From a virus (taxonomy: Duplodnaviria > Caudoviricetes): a stretch of DNA of 34,338 nt. Made by a program: the position numbers and the translations under genes. Of the stretch, positions 33,551 through 34,338 are shown piece by piece (the first letter of the stretch is position 1; the number at the start of each line of letters is the position of its first letter). Location: positions 1 through 34,338 of IMG/VR virus record IMGVR_UViG_3300020045_007366. One strand, 5' to 3'. The notes under the pieces are model-generated. The model saw only the letters and a list, made by a program, of their open reading frames with translations, made no database searches and was not told where the DNA came from.

Positions 33551-33788
33551 AAGTGGCGCGTCGCAATGATTGTAGACAATCGGGCAGGGCTCATCTAAGG
33601 ATAAGAAAAGCATGCGCCGGCAGAATGAAGCCTTAGACGTCGCGATCTGGAGCGAATGAGACGTAACCCTCAATAGCAGTTAAAATATGGACGCACGAGC
33701 GAATTGAGCGAAAAAACCAGCATCATATAAAGGAATAGCTAGCCCAAATTCAGCGGGGGGTTTGGGGGGCTTATAAGAAAAAGTTAAA

Positions 33789-33959
33789 ATGCTAATTTAT
33801 ACCAGACCAACTCCTCCAGTTAAATCAACCTTGAAAGATAATCTTGAAATTTTTAAATTATCTTACCCTTGTGACCTCTGTAATAAAACTTTTAAATTTT
33901 CTGATAATGTTCTTCATTCTAAACCTGAATCTAATATCATTCAATGTAATGATTGTTAA
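33789..33959 (+). CDS. 56-aa Zn-ribbon peptide (not in track)
   Basis: CDLC...CNDC. Confidence 0.5.
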   Translation: MLIYTRPTPPVKSTLKDNLEIFKLSYPCDLCNKTFKFSDNVLHSKPESNIIQCNDC

Positions 33960-33977
33960 ATTATATTATAATAGCTT

Positions 33978-34241
33978 ATGATTGAAGAACATGGCGCTAT
34001 TGATGAAAAGATTATTCCTATGACTGATACTCAAAGCTTACACGTTTCAATTAAATCATCAAATGGTAAGCTATTCCTGGACCTTCGTAAGTGGTTTAAA
34101 TATCAGAATATGGATTATCCTATAGCATCAAAGAAGGGAATTATGTTAGATTTTGATAATTGGCATCACATTATCCCGATAGTTAATGATTACATATCTA
34201 AATATGAAAATGTCGATAAATTAAGCATTTTAGATTATTAA
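33978..34241 (+). CDS. PC4/YdbC-family ssDNA-binding protein
   Basis: 'LHVSI...NGKLFLDLRKWF...KKGIML...W'; TATAAT 5 nt before the ATG (leaderless). Confidence 0.85.
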   Translation: MIEEHGAIDEKIIPMTDTQSLHVSIKSSNGKLFLDLRKWFKYQNMDYPIASKKGIMLDFDNWHHIIPIVNDYISKYENVDKLSILDY

Positions 34242-34338
34242 ATTTGAGTGAGGAAACTGTTATATCATTCTGAGGGAAAAAATGATCCATGGCTAAAATA
34301 TACATGAAGTCTTGAATTTTGTCAAGTAGGCAATTATT
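34227..34338 (-). repeat. Right arm of the inverted repeat (runs to window end)
   Basis: Exact reverse complement of 33314-33425. Confidence 0.95.

Noticed and set aside
1-34338. Prophage boundaries/integrase, or alternative genetic code
   Set aside because: No integrase, att-flanked host genes or host DNA were seen. Genes are full length under code 11 and use all three stop codons.

Overview
The window is most of the genome of an uncultured short-tailed (podovirus-like) dsDNA phage using standard code 11, sigma70-type promoters and AGGAG ribosome-binding sites. The + strand (1-21709) is one long late operon: terminase large-subunit C-terminus (cut by the window start), portal, small head-associated genes, a GT2-like glycosyltransferase, scaffold, major capsid, head-tail adaptor, tail hub/nozzle, three DNA-ejection proteins, two tail-fibre/adhesin proteins separated by an HNH-like endonuclease insertion, and a lysis cassette (holin-like, M15-type peptidase, lipoprotein, DUF1353). 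The - strand (21725-33260) carries early genes: many small ORFs, a PD-(D/E)xK nuclease, a stand-alone initiator C-terminal domain, an SSB/YqaJ/Erf recombination module, a DNA methyltransferase frameshifted in a C9 tract, YopX and an HNH-RHH fusion. The right end holds a PC4-like gene inside an 801-bp segment flanked by a perfect 112-bp inverted repeat that runs to the window end. I saw no integrase, polymerase, helicase, primase, tRNA or CRISPR array. The most notable observations are: (1) six late-operon proteins, including the core tail hub, carry Sec-type signal peptides, suggesting assembly across two compartments; (2) a ~430-nt highly structured non-coding region at 30920-31345; (3) a C4-like antisense RNA switch in front of the recombination operon; (4) the homopolymer/shifty-stop MTase; (5) the terminal inverted repeat. 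All product calls come from motif recognition and synteny by eye; no database searches were run.
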